From the NCBI GenBank assembly GCA_010093705.1, contig MU006121.1, positions 62,001 to 126,000 on the forward strand: a stretch of DNA of 64,000 nucleotides. Reading direction: 5' to 3'. Source of the stretch: Patellaria atrata CBS 101060. Lineage: Eukaryota. The notes beneath the pieces are model-generated. The model made no database searches and was not told the origin of the DNA. It was given only the letters and a program-made list of their open reading frames with translations. Shown here one piece after another: positions 12,157 through 24,066 of this stretch. Positions within the stretch are counted from its first letter, which is position 1. Each line of letters begins with the position of its first letter. Made by a program: the position numbers and the translations under genes.

Positions 12157-15100
12157 ATGCCGAGCGAGTCGAGGGTGGTCATTTGCTCAAATTGTAAAAG
12201 AAGCGGCAGAAAATGTTCCCCTTCACATTTGATACCGTGCGAGAAGAAGCTTCCACAGCTCAAGGAATGCGAATTGGTCAATCTAATAAGTGACGAGGAA
12301 ACGCCTTCAGCAGACGCTCACCCAAAGTCAAAGCATCCATCTCTAGTGACAGAGTTTCGACATGACCAGAAGCAAGGGTTAAACAGTCAGCATTCACACA
12401 CGAACAAAAAGCAGAACGGGTCTGATGGTAGCAAAACCATAAACTCACCCATCTACATTGAGATTTCCGAGGACGAGCAGCCTGAGTCAACATTGCATGA
12501 GAAAGGTTCTCGACAAGGGAATAGGAAAACTGTATACTCCGGCACTCAATCTTTACCAAAAAGAAACGATGCGGCCGGCAGCCCTCCATTACTAGCCTCT
12601 GCACCCATGACGCTGCCTTTTAGGGCAGAGGGAGAAAGCGTCCGCAATGAGGAGACTCATTTGATCCAAGAGCGAGACAGATTTTCAGATTTTTCTAAGA
12701 CGCAAACTATGGGGACGGTTATCACTACGCTTCCAGTTACTGAGAAGTTTAACCGAGGCATTAAAAGAACGCATACGGGCAAAGGGAAACTCGATTCAGT
12801 CGAAAATGTTACGGGTGATATCGGACCTGGTGTCACAAATATACATAACAAAATTACGGGCTCAAGTAATAGCCCCTCTGAAAACTGCAGTCTAGTTTCT
12901 AAAGACCAACAAATACAGCCCAATCACATGGAAGACCCTGAGAACACGAGTTCGAACTGTGAAATGCGCACTGTAGATGATGATATCTTTACGAAACAGT
13001 GTCGGGAGCCGGATAAACCAATTGTCCCGTTGTGCCTTGAAGAGATTGATGCAGTGTTGACAAGGCTCTTAGAGGAAGCTTGTGTTAATCAAGAATGTGA
13101 TAACCGCGTAAGTCCTGCAGAAGTCGCGTGCCCAGCTCGAAATAAGTCTCAACTGATATCCTTAGAAACACCTCATTCGTTCGAGACGAATTCAAGAACG
13201 AGGATTACAAGATCTTGGTCCCACAATCAATCCGAGCAGAACACCAATTAAGTATGTAGATGGAGAATCGCCGTTTTCGAAGATGGGTGCCATACAACGT
13301 CGAATGTCACTCCATTCGGGTTCAGATTCAAATCCAGTGGAACAATTCAATATGACCATATTCCATGAAAAAGATAAAAAGGGCAGCACAACGCCTCTGA
13401 AAGTACCAGTAACGAAGATATCAAACAACGAAGTCCGAGTGCCATCATACAAAAATCTTCACCCGTTACAACGCAACGTATTGGCAGGGAATGCAGATAC
13501 CCGTCTTTCAATCCCATACTTTAGCGACGAGCAGGTTGATGACTCAGAATTCCAAGACAGCTTCCAAAAGGATCTGCTGTCTAAGTATGCTATTGAACAT
13601 AATAGAGCAAGGCTCCTACCTATGGTGCAGCAGGGTAGAATGTATGAGTATCTTGCAAAAGGGTTTCTACATGAACTAGGTTGCACTATAGATGATATTC
13701 TGCGATATCTTTTGGAACCTGCTCACTCCGTACCAAATCTCCCACTAGCTGAGAAAGCGGCGTTTGCTTCGAGGGATGTGCATTGTCGAGATATTCAAAG
13801 GAGAAAGAAAGGCGAAAAACAAGCGCTTGGGATTCCTTACTTTGATCGGAACGAGGAAAGATGGGTATCCGTTCTATCGAAATTACCAAACTCATCTGAC
13901 CGATCGTTATATATGGCAGGTCTAGCTTGTAGTGTCTTCTTAAGAAAATGCGGGCTCAGCTTGTGGTTTGTTGCTAAATCCCATGAAGACACATCTGAAC
14001 AAGCTCACGGAGATTCAAATACGGATTTTACGTTCAGAGACTTTGTTTGTCCCATATGTCATGAGTAAGTGTTACTTGAGGTTACATCGATCAGATATGC
14101 TCACGGACTTTCTAGGCACACCTGCTTAATGCATGGAGAGATACGGGATGAAAAGAACAGCCCAAGCGACAATCATGGGGGAGAGACTCATAATGAATTC
14201 TTAGCAGGATCTTCTGCAAACCTCCTCAATGTGAGGAAACCCGTCAAATTTCCGGAAAATAGTCACGGAAAATTGGAATCCGATCCTTCGACGCAGGCGC
14301 GTAAGAATCCCCAATGGATGTTCAAATCAAAAACCCTTCTCCATGATAAGCGGCCTACATTTTATCCTTGCAATCATGTAGGGAACTGCGAAGCAAATCT
14401 CTGCAGTTGTTACGGAGATAATGTCGTTTGTGAGAAGCATTGTTGTTGTGCGCGATCTTGCTCGAGGAGATTTAAAGGATGCAGATGCATTGCAAAAGGT
14501 CGTCGTGTCTGCTGGATGGATGACAATTGCGATTGTTATCGCTTGAACCGGGAGTGTGATCCTGATTTATGTGGAAGTTGCGGTGTTGTAGACGCATTGG
14601 ATCCAACCAAGGTCTATGAGGAACCTGGCTTAAAGACTCAATGTTCTAATTGCGCTCTCCAGAGAGGTGTTCCGAGTAGACTCTTGACAGGTATATCAGA
14701 AGTGCAAGGCTTTGGCCTTTATACAGGGGAGCCAATTAAGGCGAATCAATTTCTGGGAGAATACAAAGGAGAAGTACTCGCGAGGATAGAGGGTGAACGA
14801 AGACTGGTGATATACCAACACTTGAAAGCGAATTACTTATTCAAATTGAATGAAGGTGAGTGTAGAGGAAGCTAGATAAGGAGAAATGCGAAAACTGACT
14901 TTTGTTAGAACAAGACATTGATGCCGCAAGAATGGGTAATAAGACCCGCTTCATTAACAATTCGAAGAAAGAGGATACAATTAACTGTTATCCGAAGGTG
15001 CTTCTGTGTAATACCGAAGCACGAATTGGGCTGTTTGCTAAGAAGGATTTACAAGCCGGAGAAGAATTATTCTTTGATTATGGGTGCGTATCTAATTAAT

Positions 15101-15647
15101 ATGAATATTATGCTATTGCTGACAGAGACATAGCTATCCAGATGATATTACGGAGAACTTTGTAGAGAGATCTAACATTAGGAAGGATAAGCAGAAGCCG
15201 CAGCTAACCGCAGTGAAGTCGAATAAGCTTCCTAGCATGATGGGTAAAAAGAGCACAATAAGTTCGCGTCCGAAATTGATTGGCAGACTTCATAACGGAG
15301 AACTAGCTAGGACTGAAGCGGCCAGCCCTTCAACACAGGGACTTTTTGAGTCTTCTGGACCGAAGGAAGGAATTTACGCAAGGTCCCACCTGAGCAAGGA
15401 CTTGCAAAAGCACAGGTCTAACTATAGCATTCGTCCGATGCGAATCCAGAGAGCAAAAGCTTTAGCACAACTGGAACTACTAGGAGCGGGTCAAACTAGA
15501 GCTGACGAAGAGGTAAAAGCGGCTTTTGATGATGATGGTGATGACGATTACGTGGAGACGGCGGATATCGAGAATTCAAGTGAAGTTGCGGATAGTGAGG
15601 ATGATGTGCCTGTCTCAAGAGCAAGGAGGCGAGGTATACACCGCTAA
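12157..15647 (+). CDS. KMT6: H3K27 methyltransferase, PRC2 catalytic subunit (E(z)/EZH2 homologue, KMT6/SET-7)
   Basis: CPICHEHTCLMHG zinc motif, CXC domain (PCNHVGNC...CEKHCCC...[11 protein letters not shown]), SET domain (GFGLY...GEYKGE...YLFKLN...[15 protein letters not shown]...ELFFDYG). Introns 13108-13165, 14065-14115, ~14856-14908, ~15084-15133 join the separate ORFs. The start codon is uncertain. Confidence 0.9.
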
Positions 15648-17031
15648 AAGTGGAATTCAGCTTCCATTTACTAAGTTTGAACTTATGGCTGCATTCTCGC
15701 ACACTGAAATACCGAATGTCCGGCAAATGCAGTGTAATTGGCACATGTTCAGCATATTAGGGACATGAACAAGACTACGAGAACCATTGTTATAGGAACT
15801 AGTGAATCCGAAAAAATTCCAAAAGTAATTCTATCGATGTTGAAAGCGAAAGTATTGAGGCAGTGCCTTAGAGTATCAAGGAAAAGTCTTTGATGAGAAA
15901 CGGGGCGTGCGTGGGGAGTCACCGTCGGGTGTCAGATATAAGCCTTACTGCCAAACTCGGCATTAAGGTCGGCCTTTTGCCGTAGTGGTATAATCTCACA
16001 TCGGGGAACAAGTGTAAGGTAATAAGGTAGGATGCTTTGATTAATGGGACCAGTATCTTCTGCCGAGAAGCTCTTTCAACTAGAATTACTGTATAGTAGA
16101 TGGTTGAATCCCTTTCTAGATATCTCTGAGATTCAACGCTTGCTCTCAAATAATCCCCTTCCATTTCCATCATGCGCTTGGGTTTCGCGTTTAGTTGACT
16201 TAGAATGTATATCGCAGCCTAAGTCGATAATGACATATGGCCCGTGCACATTATCGGGTGGAGCCTAAGCCAGCATGAGATCCGTGCTTCCTATGATTCC
16301 GTCACCCAGCGTCACCTTATATCAACGACGTCTGACTCTCGCTCTACCCCAAGACTGTGATCTGGTGAAAAGCTCTCTGTTGAAGGTTAGGGATGAAAGG
16401 AAATAAGGACGAAAATGCGGGATATATACAAAGATTTTCATGATAGATATAGGTCCTACTACTATCTTTAATACAGTTATTTTCATAGGACTCAAGGTTA
16501 ACGGTATATAAGAGGGCCATATTTTCCTAGTCTAAGGATAGAATTCCGGGGGTATTTCGCAACACCCAGCGCACTGTGTTGCTGAATGACAATACGTAGC
16601 ATCCCCTGGAGAGCTACAATACTACTCCGAGTTTAAGGGATCCGCGACTGTTACTTAATAAGTTCGTGGATCATCGTAAGCGGCATTCTAAACGTAGGTG
16701 AGTGCGTCCCAGCGTGTCGCAGCTTTTTTTTACACAGGAGAGAGTACGGAGGACGTAGACAGGTAATAATTAGTACCTACCATACAAGTTCTTCAATGAA
16801 TATACTTAATTGCAACTGAAAAGGGTTACTGGGGAAGAAATCGTTCTTTTGCCGGGGTCCGAGTATTTCGTTCTGGGGTTACGCCACATTGGAACTACAT
16901 GTATTCTGCACAAGGGCGAAGTACAAGATCTGAATCGGTCAAAACAGGGTATTGTAAAAGCACTTTATGAATCAAATATATTGAAGGAGGTTACCCCAGT
17001 ATGTTGTAAGAAAATCAGAATTTCCCGGGTA

Positions 17032-17064
17032 ACGTAAACGACAAGCGAGCTGCGCAGTTCTCAC
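17032..17064 (+). repeat. Left terminal inverted repeat of the Fot1-like element
   Basis: Exact reverse complement of 18805-18837. Confidence 0.95.
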
Positions 17065-17150
17065 TAAATAAGCAGCTCTACTAGCAATTGTTCCACCACG
17101 CAGTAGTATTTTTTGAAGCTGTAACTTGTAGTCGATTCTATAGAGTCTAA

Positions 17151-18774
17151 TTAATCTCTGCCGCATGTACGAGAGTTGTGTCCTGCGTTGCCGCAGGTTC
17201 TGCAGCGCTGCTGAGTCGCCGCGTCGCCTCTTGCGCGCTGCCTATTCTGACGCGTTTCCTCTCTAATCTGCTCATCAACGTTAATTTGAGCTATTAATTC
17301 TGCGCCTTCTACCTTTGTTAAGCATCCTTGAAGCTGTAAACGCTTCTTCTGGCGCTTCTTACGTCGTGTTGCAGCCTCATTTGCTCTGCGTAGGTTGGCC
17401 ACTTCTAACTGTAAAATGACTCCATGGTGTATCATCAATTCTGCACCTTTTGATAGGCGGTCAAGTGACTTATTGATAGATGTAGGAGAGCTATTCTGAT
17501 GCCTCTTAATCCTATTACGAATAAAGGCAGTTTGAGAGTCTAGTTCCTGCGCGTTGCATGGTGTTTTTGACTCCCATTCTTGTAGTACTGGTGGTGACGG
17601 CGTACGTAGCTTAATCTCCAGTTTTGAGACTACTATCTCTGAGTCTAGAGGAACTAGACCTGCTCCTGCGAATCCTGCGCGGATATTCTTCTTTGTAATT
17701 GATTCCTGGTAGGCTTATTTAAAGACTGGGAGAAACTCGAGCTTGGTGATGTGGTTAATAGAGCTGCGCATCAGATCCTCTACACCACGCCCATACGCCT
17801 TCTTCAATGGTGAAAAACAGGCGACATCTAGAGGTTGTAGGAGGTGAGATGAATGAGCTGGCATATAGAGCGTAGTAATACTGTTCTGCGCATAGAGCTC
17901 TCGAAACTCCATAGACTCATGGCTCTCATGGCCATCAAGAATTAATAGCTGGCGCGAACCAAGACGTCTATCTTTTGTATGCTTGATAAAGTGCTTCAAC
18001 CACTCTACGCCAAGCTTATTTGTAGTCTAGCCGTTCTCAGATAGTGCGATTACCCAATCCTCAGGAATATCTGTGCCTTCGTACCAAGTAGATAGATGAT
18101 AGGTGCCGCTGAAGATGATGAATGGTGGAATTGCCCATCCTTGCGCGTTGATAGCTTGAATTACTGTAACCCACTCACGGTTGCCTGGCTGGATAGATTT
18201 TGGTCGATTACGTCTCTCTGCACCAGTTACAACTTTACTAGTCGCTATTACACCCATCTGAAAGCCTGTCTCATCAAAATTGTAGATGTCTGCTTTAGTG
18301 ATGCCGTGCTTCTCAATTGTACGCGCTANNNNNNNNNNNNNNNNNNNNNNNNNNNNNNNNNNNNNNNNNNNNNNNNNNNNNNNNNNNNNNNNNNNNNNNN
18401 NNNNNNNNNNNNNNNNNNNNNNNNNNNNNNNNNNNNNNNNNNNNNNNNNNNNNNNNNNNNNNNNNNNNNNNNNNNNNNNNNNNNNNNNNNNNNNNNNNNN
18501 NNNNNNNNNNNNNNNNNNNNNNNNNNNNTGAGTTAAGCTCAAGAATGTAGTTTACAATAGCCTCCTCTTCTAACTTAGTGAGCCTCTTTGAGTTGGGCTC
18601 GCAATCGCGTCGTGTAGAGATTCCAGCGCGTCGTGACCTTAGTGTTGATTCGGGGACGTCAAACGCCATAGCAGCTTGGCGCATACTTTTAAATTGATTG
18701 GAATTAAGAGCTGATAGAGCTAGGTTGATTCTGCCTTCTTTTTGAGCTAATTGAGTACTGCGTTGTTGATTCAT
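17151..18774 (-). pseudogene. Fot1/pogo transposase with two premature stops
   Basis: HTH (SMRQAAMAFDVPESTLR), YNFDETGF, LLILDGHESH, HSSHLLQPLDVACFSPLK and a C-terminal CxxCxxxGHNxxxC knuckle. In-frame TAG at 18027-18029 and TAA at 17715-17717. Interrupted by an N gap. Confidence 0.9.
18329..18528. other. Assembly gap (200 N) inside the transposon
   Basis: Run of N in the sequence. Confidence 1.
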
Positions 18775-18804
18775 GGTGGGTTGATTGTAGGAGAACTAGT
18801 TTTG

Positions 18805-18837
18805 GTGAGAACTGCGCAGCTCGCTTGTCGTTTACGT
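18805..18837 (-). repeat. Right terminal inverted repeat of the Fot1-like element
   Basis: Exact reverse complement of 17032-17064, followed by TA. Confidence 0.95.
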
Positions 18838-19252
18838 TATGGAAGAACGAGCAAACTTCTTGGCATGTTTGCAAAGTTACCAAAATCTTCAAGAGCAACA
18901 GTCACTGGTAAGGTAAGGTATGCAGAACCTGGTATTTGTTTTCTAACGGTAACAAACTCCCATCTCGTCACCTCCCGTTAGCACGGTCGTACGGTAAGAT
19001 AATCATTCATTGGGTCCAGATTAGGTTGCCTTGGATGTCTCCAGCTTAGTCTGCGTCATCTGCTAATACACCCCATCAACACCTACGACACCGGCATCTC
19101 ATTAAGGTATCAAAACTCAAACGAACCATTCGATTTGCTCTACGTATTAAGCAGGATCAAAAGCGAAGAACTCTACAGACATCAGCTCAAACGATGTCTG
19201 CCGTTCCACGTCCTCGGAGTCCCGTACGATAACATCAACTCAGGTGGAAGAC

Positions 19253-22200
19253 ATGACGAGGACACCTAGCAGACCTCGATCATCTACCTCGTCGCAAGTA
19301 TCACTGAGTTCCTCAAATACACTGTATTCTACCGCCGTGCCAGAGCGGGGCGAACCTAGTTCCTATGCTGGTGTTGAACCTATCTCGAACAATGGCATTG
19401 ATGGGGAAGGTACAGAACATTTGCAAGAAGCGGGGAGTCCACAATTTAGCAATGACCTGATAGAAGAGCGGGACTTCAGCGCTAGGAGACATGGGGCAAC
19501 AAAATCAGGGGGGTTCTTGCTTGAATCTGCTTTCCGGGGAGGAGAAGAGCAAACGTTGTCGCTTCGGAAAAAGAAAGATAAGAAGGAGTCAGATGAGGTA
19601 GGAGAATTGAACGTCAAGCGAAAGCGATCTACACACCATGGACGCGAACACACACCGCTTGCATCTTCTCCATTAACGCGTGAGGTGCGGAATGCGGATG
19701 AGCGAGGCAGAAACTACATGAAGGAGATAGACCAACAATCTCACCTGGACGCTTCCCACGATGATTCGCGTGATGAAAAAGGATCACAAGTAGCGGCTGT
19801 AGATGAAGCAGACCAGCATCCAACCCCTCCTACAACTGGAGCCATTGACCCGACGCAAATTGTTAATATGGCACTCAATCTGAGCGAGAGCAGGCGACGT
19901 CATTTTAGTGCTGGACAATTAGTTGCTTCCCCCAAAATAACCGGTAGACGTGTTACGTCTGTTGGAATAGCTACAAACCCTTCACTTCAGGGTAGTTATC
20001 AAGGACAAAGGACTGGAGGTAGTCTAAAACAGTATTTACAACAACAACGAAGAGTCTCACGTAATGCCTCACCTGGAACGGGGCGGTACAGTCCCAGTTC
20101 TCGGAAACCCTCTTCATACATATCAAATTTGAGTCCTGATCGTATCCAAACGCCCCAACTTGGCCAGGTCTACGATTTCCAGTTCTCAGCTGCCACTCTC
20201 GCTAGGGCTGAGAAAGCGCGCGCATATATCGAGTTATTTGTTGAATTCCGCCGTCTGTTACAGTTCTTACCGCCACTTAGGCCTGACTCGGTCGCTGTTG
20301 GAAATACGGTTTGGGCAACCGCCAGTGTTCCCGGCTCTGCTGCAGTCCATCTTACCCGCATGCCTTCCAACGCCAAAAGGACGCATGATCTGGGACGCGA
20401 GTACAATCCATTACAATTTGTTCGTAACCGTCGCCTCAGGTTGCGTGAAAGACGCCTTCTGAACCCAGATTCTGACGAGTGGACGGATTTACCGCGCTCA
20501 AGAGCTTGGGTGGATTCTGTTCAGGAGCAGGCTAGTCAACCTGGTTATCGTCAACCTGATTGTATAATCCTACCAAAATTTGATGAAGGTGAACCTGCTA
20601 CGCACGAAGCTGTTCTAGAAACACATAAAGGTCATAGACGAACCGACACACTTGCCAAAAGGCCACGTATAGATTGGGTTTTCGCGCCAAACGAACTCTT
20701 CGCGGATGCGTATTGGTTAGAGCAAGGAGACAACAAATCTTTTATTGAAGATCGTCACGGGAACAAGATATTCTCTAGTCGCAAGCATTCTAGTTTTCTA
20801 CACACACGAAGTAGCTTAGAGCATTCTGGAGATGATAGAAGACGTAGGAGTTTTGCAGAATCGGTGAAGTCAACCAACAGGGCCACGTCCCTTGGAGATG
20901 TTGGTAGTGACACGGAGAGCGAGAGAGGCAGAATAGGACAGAAATTTCGCACCAAGCGCGACGACAACTCAACCGTGAATAAACGACGTGGCTGGCATAT
21001 TCCTAATAGGTCGCGCTCGGTTTCAGGACTGTCGTCATCAGACGACGCGGGAAGCCCAACGGAACAGAGAAAGAGGACTGGCAGTCCCTCGTCAAGGGAT
21101 GAGAATATCGGGCCTCTCAAAAGGCACATGAATGAAATAATGCATTCAGATGCTGTTGAAAAGTCGTCCGATATCCAGTCACCTGATACACCTGATAAAT
21201 GGGGTGTAGGATTTAATTCTTTACGGGCAACACGCACTGAAATGAACGAGCAACGCCCTGAGATAACTGATGAAAGCTCGAAAGCAAGAGAAACACTTCC
21301 TCTAGATAGAGGACCCACACTAGATAGAGCCCTTGACAGGACTGGCCTTAGGAATACAGAACGCAAAGAGAGATTTTCGTTTGAAGATCTTGACCACACT
21401 GGCCCAAACACGCCCACAACACCATCCTTCAATATTCCTTCGATTGGTATTGAGCTGACACCACCAAGTAGCCGTCGACAGTCTCCTTCTAAGAAGTCAC
21501 GCAGAACTAGACTTGGTATCTTCCGTGGAGAAGCCCATAATAGGGACCATCATGACACTACAGAATCATACGGTGAAGATAGCGATTATAGATCATCGAG
21601 AAATGTAAGCGGTGAACAGGAGACAAGGAAAAGCTTCGAAAAGCCTCACAATCTGAAAAAGGACAAGACAACGGATAGCCTCAGCAGCCTGAATGATAAA
21701 GTCGCTACTAGAAAAGATACTCGCAGAGGATCTCGTGATACTTCATCTGGGGTTTCGCGTTTCTTCAAAGGAGGGCGTATTGGAAACATGGTGAAGAGCG
21801 AAAGTGCTAAGGTCGGGGACAAGTTACGGAAGAAGGAAGCTTTGACCGAGGATAATCAGAGCGGCTACATTGCTGACGACGCGGGACCATCAGATACAGA
21901 TACTGATCATCCAGCTGACTCGAGAAAACCAAAGCCCCCACAAACTACAAATGCTTCCGCGACAACTGGTAATACATCTGGATCAGAGAAGGGGAATAAG
22001 CACGGCTATCACATCGAAAATTTACCTTCGTTTGTATCCTCATCTAGGACGCAGTCGAAGCTACATCCGGATGAAGATAGGCTCAGCTACTCAAGGGGAT
22101 TAGAAGAAGGATTGCGAGACCGATCCCCAGGTCTTAAAGGTAAAGCATTGTCACATAGGACATTATCCAAATACTCCTCTTCGTCAATTCCAGACCTCAG

Positions 22201-23158
22201 TCTTATCCACAGTGGCGAAACCCCATACAATGACCTCGGACGGAGGAGCGTAAGACTGTTAGGGGCGACAGCGTCATCATCTCGATCGCAGTTGCGGGCT
22301 GAGGAGAAGATGGAGCGTGTTCTTGAGCGTCCAGGTACTGTAGGTCGCGGAGGTTTGCCTGTCACCGCGCTTGCTGATGAAGCGGCAATGACGAAGCAGC
22401 AAGAAATTCGGAGCAGTAGCCGGCCTAAGCTTGAAAAAAAAGAATGGAGTATTTCGGATCAGAACATCGCTCGCCAGCTTTCGCGCTCTAACGATATACA
22501 TTCGTCACGACAGAGAAAAAATCTCCAAATAGATTTGGCCCGAGCCCAAGCGCTTCTACTATGCACTGGTATCAAAGCAGCTTTACTCGCTGCCCGGGCA
22601 ACGCAAGTACGCGATCCGCCCGAATTCCTGAAAGATGCGGCCGGAGAAGCCGAGCGATATGGCGTAGACGAGGAGGACGACGAACTGCAAGTGCAAAAGT
22701 TGATTCCGGTTCCGAGAAAAGAGGAACATGTTCTTGCGGCACGTATACTTGCAACTTCTCTCGAGAGAACGACATCCCACCTTCAAACTTACGTAGCACA
22801 TTTCCGCGATTCGACGGCCTCCTCACTGCATGAACGGCTTGATAGATTACGAGCTAAAGTAATGGATGATCTTATGCCTCGGGTGCGGGAGACGGCTGAT
22901 GGGGCTGATACATTTGCGGGTGAGGTGAGTAATAAATGGACGTTGGAGCTGAGGCGTATCAACGACCGGATTGATGCGATGACTAGGGCAAGACGAAGAA
23001 GGATGGTTTGGGTACGACGGTTGGGATGGATGTTGTTAGAGTGGGCTTTGCTTGGAGTCATGTGGTGGGTTTGGTTCGTCGTAGTGCTGATAAGATTAGT
23101 CTTGGGGACATTGAAGGGCGTAGGGAAAGCGATTAGATGGATATTATGGTTCGACTGA
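19253..23158 (+). CDS. MTC4: Large Ser/Arg-rich protein with a C-terminal TM segment, Mtc4 (maintenance of telomere capping 4)-like
   Basis: Single ~1300-aa ORF with conserved-looking blocks IDPTQIVNMALNLSESRRR and REYNPLQFVRNRR and a hydrophobic C-terminus LLEWALLGVMWWVWFVVVL. The family name is from motif memory. Confidence 0.6.
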   Translation: MTRTPSRPRSSTSSQVSLSSSNTLYSTAVPERGEPSSYAGVEPISNNGIDGEGTEHLQEAGSPQFSNDLIEERDFSARRHGATKSGGFLLESAFRGGEEQTLSLRKKKDKKESDEVGELNVKRKRSTHHGREHTPLASSPLTREVRNADERGRNYMKEIDQQSHLDASHDDSRDEKGSQVAAVDEADQHPTPPTTGAIDPTQIVNMALNLSESRRRHFSAGQLVASPKITGRRVTSVGIATNPSLQGSYQGQRTGGSLKQYLQQQRRVSRNASPGTGRYSPSSRKPSSYISNLSPDRIQTPQLGQVYDFQFSAATLARAEKARAYIELFVEFRRLLQFLPPLRPDSVAVGNTVWATASVPGSAAVHLTRMPSNAKRTHDLGREYNPLQFVRNRRLRLRERRLLNPDSDEWTDLPRSRAWVDSVQEQASQPGYRQPDCIILPKFDEGEPATHEAVLETHKGHRRTDTLAKRPRIDWVFAPNELFADAYWLEQGDNKSFIEDRHGNKIFSSRKHSSFLHTRSSLEHSGDDRRRRSFAESVKSTNRATSLGDVGSDTESERGRIGQKFRTKRDDNSTVNKRRGWHIPNRSRSVSGLSSSDDAGSPTEQRKRTGSPSSRDENIGPLKRHMNEIMHSDAVEKSSDIQSPDTPDKWGVGFNSLRATRTEMNEQRPEITDESSKARETLPLDRGPTLDRALDRTGLRNTERKERFSFEDLDHTGPNTPTTPSFNIPSIGIELTPPSSRRQSPSKKSRRTRLGIFRGEAHNRDHHDTTESYGEDSDYRSSRNVSGEQETRKSFEKPHNLKKDKTTDSLSSLNDKVATRKDTRRGSRDTSSGVSRFFKGGRIGNMVKSESAKVGDKLRKKEALTEDNQSGYIADDAGPSDTDTDHPADSRKPKPPQTTNASATTGNTSGSEKGNKHGYHIENLPSFVSSSRTQSKLHPDEDRLSYSRGLEEGLRDRSPGLKGKALSHRTLSKYSSSSIPDLSLIHSGETPYNDLGRRSVRLLGATASSSRSQLRAEEKMERVLERPGTVGRGGLPVTALADEAAMTKQQEIRSSSRPKLEKKEWSISDQNIARQLSRSNDIHSSRQRKNLQIDLARAQALLLCTGIKAALLAARATQVRDPPEFLKDAAGEAERYGVDEEDDELQVQKLIPVPRKEEHVLAARILATSLERTTSHLQTYVAHFRDSTASSLHERLDRLRAKVMDDLMPRVRETADGADTFAGEVSNKWTLELRRINDRIDAMTRARRRRMVWVRRLGWMLLEWALLGVMWWVWFVVVLIRLVLGTLKGVGKAIRWILWFD

Positions 23159-24066
23159 AAAGGCGTAACCGGTAAGGTATGTCATAACGCACGACTTGCT
23201 GCGTTTTAGCATCGGCGTTGGGGAACTGAAGTTTAACGGTGATTCTCTCGAACATACCTTACTCCGTAATTCGTACAGTCCCTGCACAGTACATACATGC
23301 TGGAAGCGGTCTCATTCTGTACCCCAAATGTACAGTTCGATAATGTTACGGTAAAGTCCCATCTCTATCTCCAAGTAAATGTTCTCTTGAAACTAGATGA
23401 CTCCAGGTTAATGATGAGGCATTCATCGGACATTGTGATGTACCTTATGCTTACCGTCCTTAAACAGAAGGGGTCCTCACTTACAGTATCCAGATGGAGT
23501 GCTCTGTAGACTATTCTGTACTGTACTGTATGTACTTGTTGGATACGCTATTATTGAAGGTACCGGATGATGAGGACAAGTTAAATATATGCTATATCCC
23601 TGAGGTGAGTACCTATAAGTTACCGTTTTCTTACAGTACCGTAACCTAATAAGGTAAGCCGGGGGTTTCCTCCACTGTCTGGTAAGGTACGGAAATACCT
23701 TGGCGGAGACCCCGCTAGTTCTAGTTCTAGCGCACCTGCAGCTTCTACCCAACCTTACAAAACTAAAGATTTTACAACCTCACCTTCTGTTTTCTTTTAC
23801 CGCTAACCCGTCGTCCTTGCATATCTTACCTTCGATTTACACGGCGAAAGAACAAACCGAAACTCAAACGCGGAACCCCCTTCACCTTCAGCAATCCTTT
23901 GCTGCTCAAATTTTCCTTTTTTTCCTTCTCACCACACCAGACTTTGGTTAATCTCCTTCTCCTCTCTCACTTCGGCGCTACCTAGAGCGATTCTGGAGTT
24001 ATCTTTCGCTTTAATCTGAGTCTCCAATCGATTCCACTCTTGCGTACCATCAGTTATCCATTCACA

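Larger units (their letters stand above)
17032..18837 (-). mobile_element. Fot1/pogo-type (Tc1/mariner superfamily) DNA transposon, full length, inactivated
   Basis: Perfect 33-bp TIRs ACGTAAACGACAAGCGAGCTGCGCAGTTCTCAC, TA target-site duplications at 17030-17031 and 18838-18839, and an internal DDE transposase. Confidence 0.95.

Noticed and set aside
13251..13283. Apparent stop/frameshift splitting KMT6
   Set aside because: Explained by a canonical intron at 13108-13165.
15968..16030. tRNA-like D-arm word (GCCGTAGTGGTAT)
   Set aside because: No T-loop GTTCRA, acceptor stem or anticodon stem follows.
16810..17037. ORF running into the transposon, as a possible disrupted host gene
   Set aside because: TTG start and no recognisable motif when the flanks are rejoined.
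19194..19232. 12-codon uORF upstream of the Mtc4-like gene
   Set aside because: Present in the sequence, but the TSS is unknown and such uORFs are common. No evidence of function.
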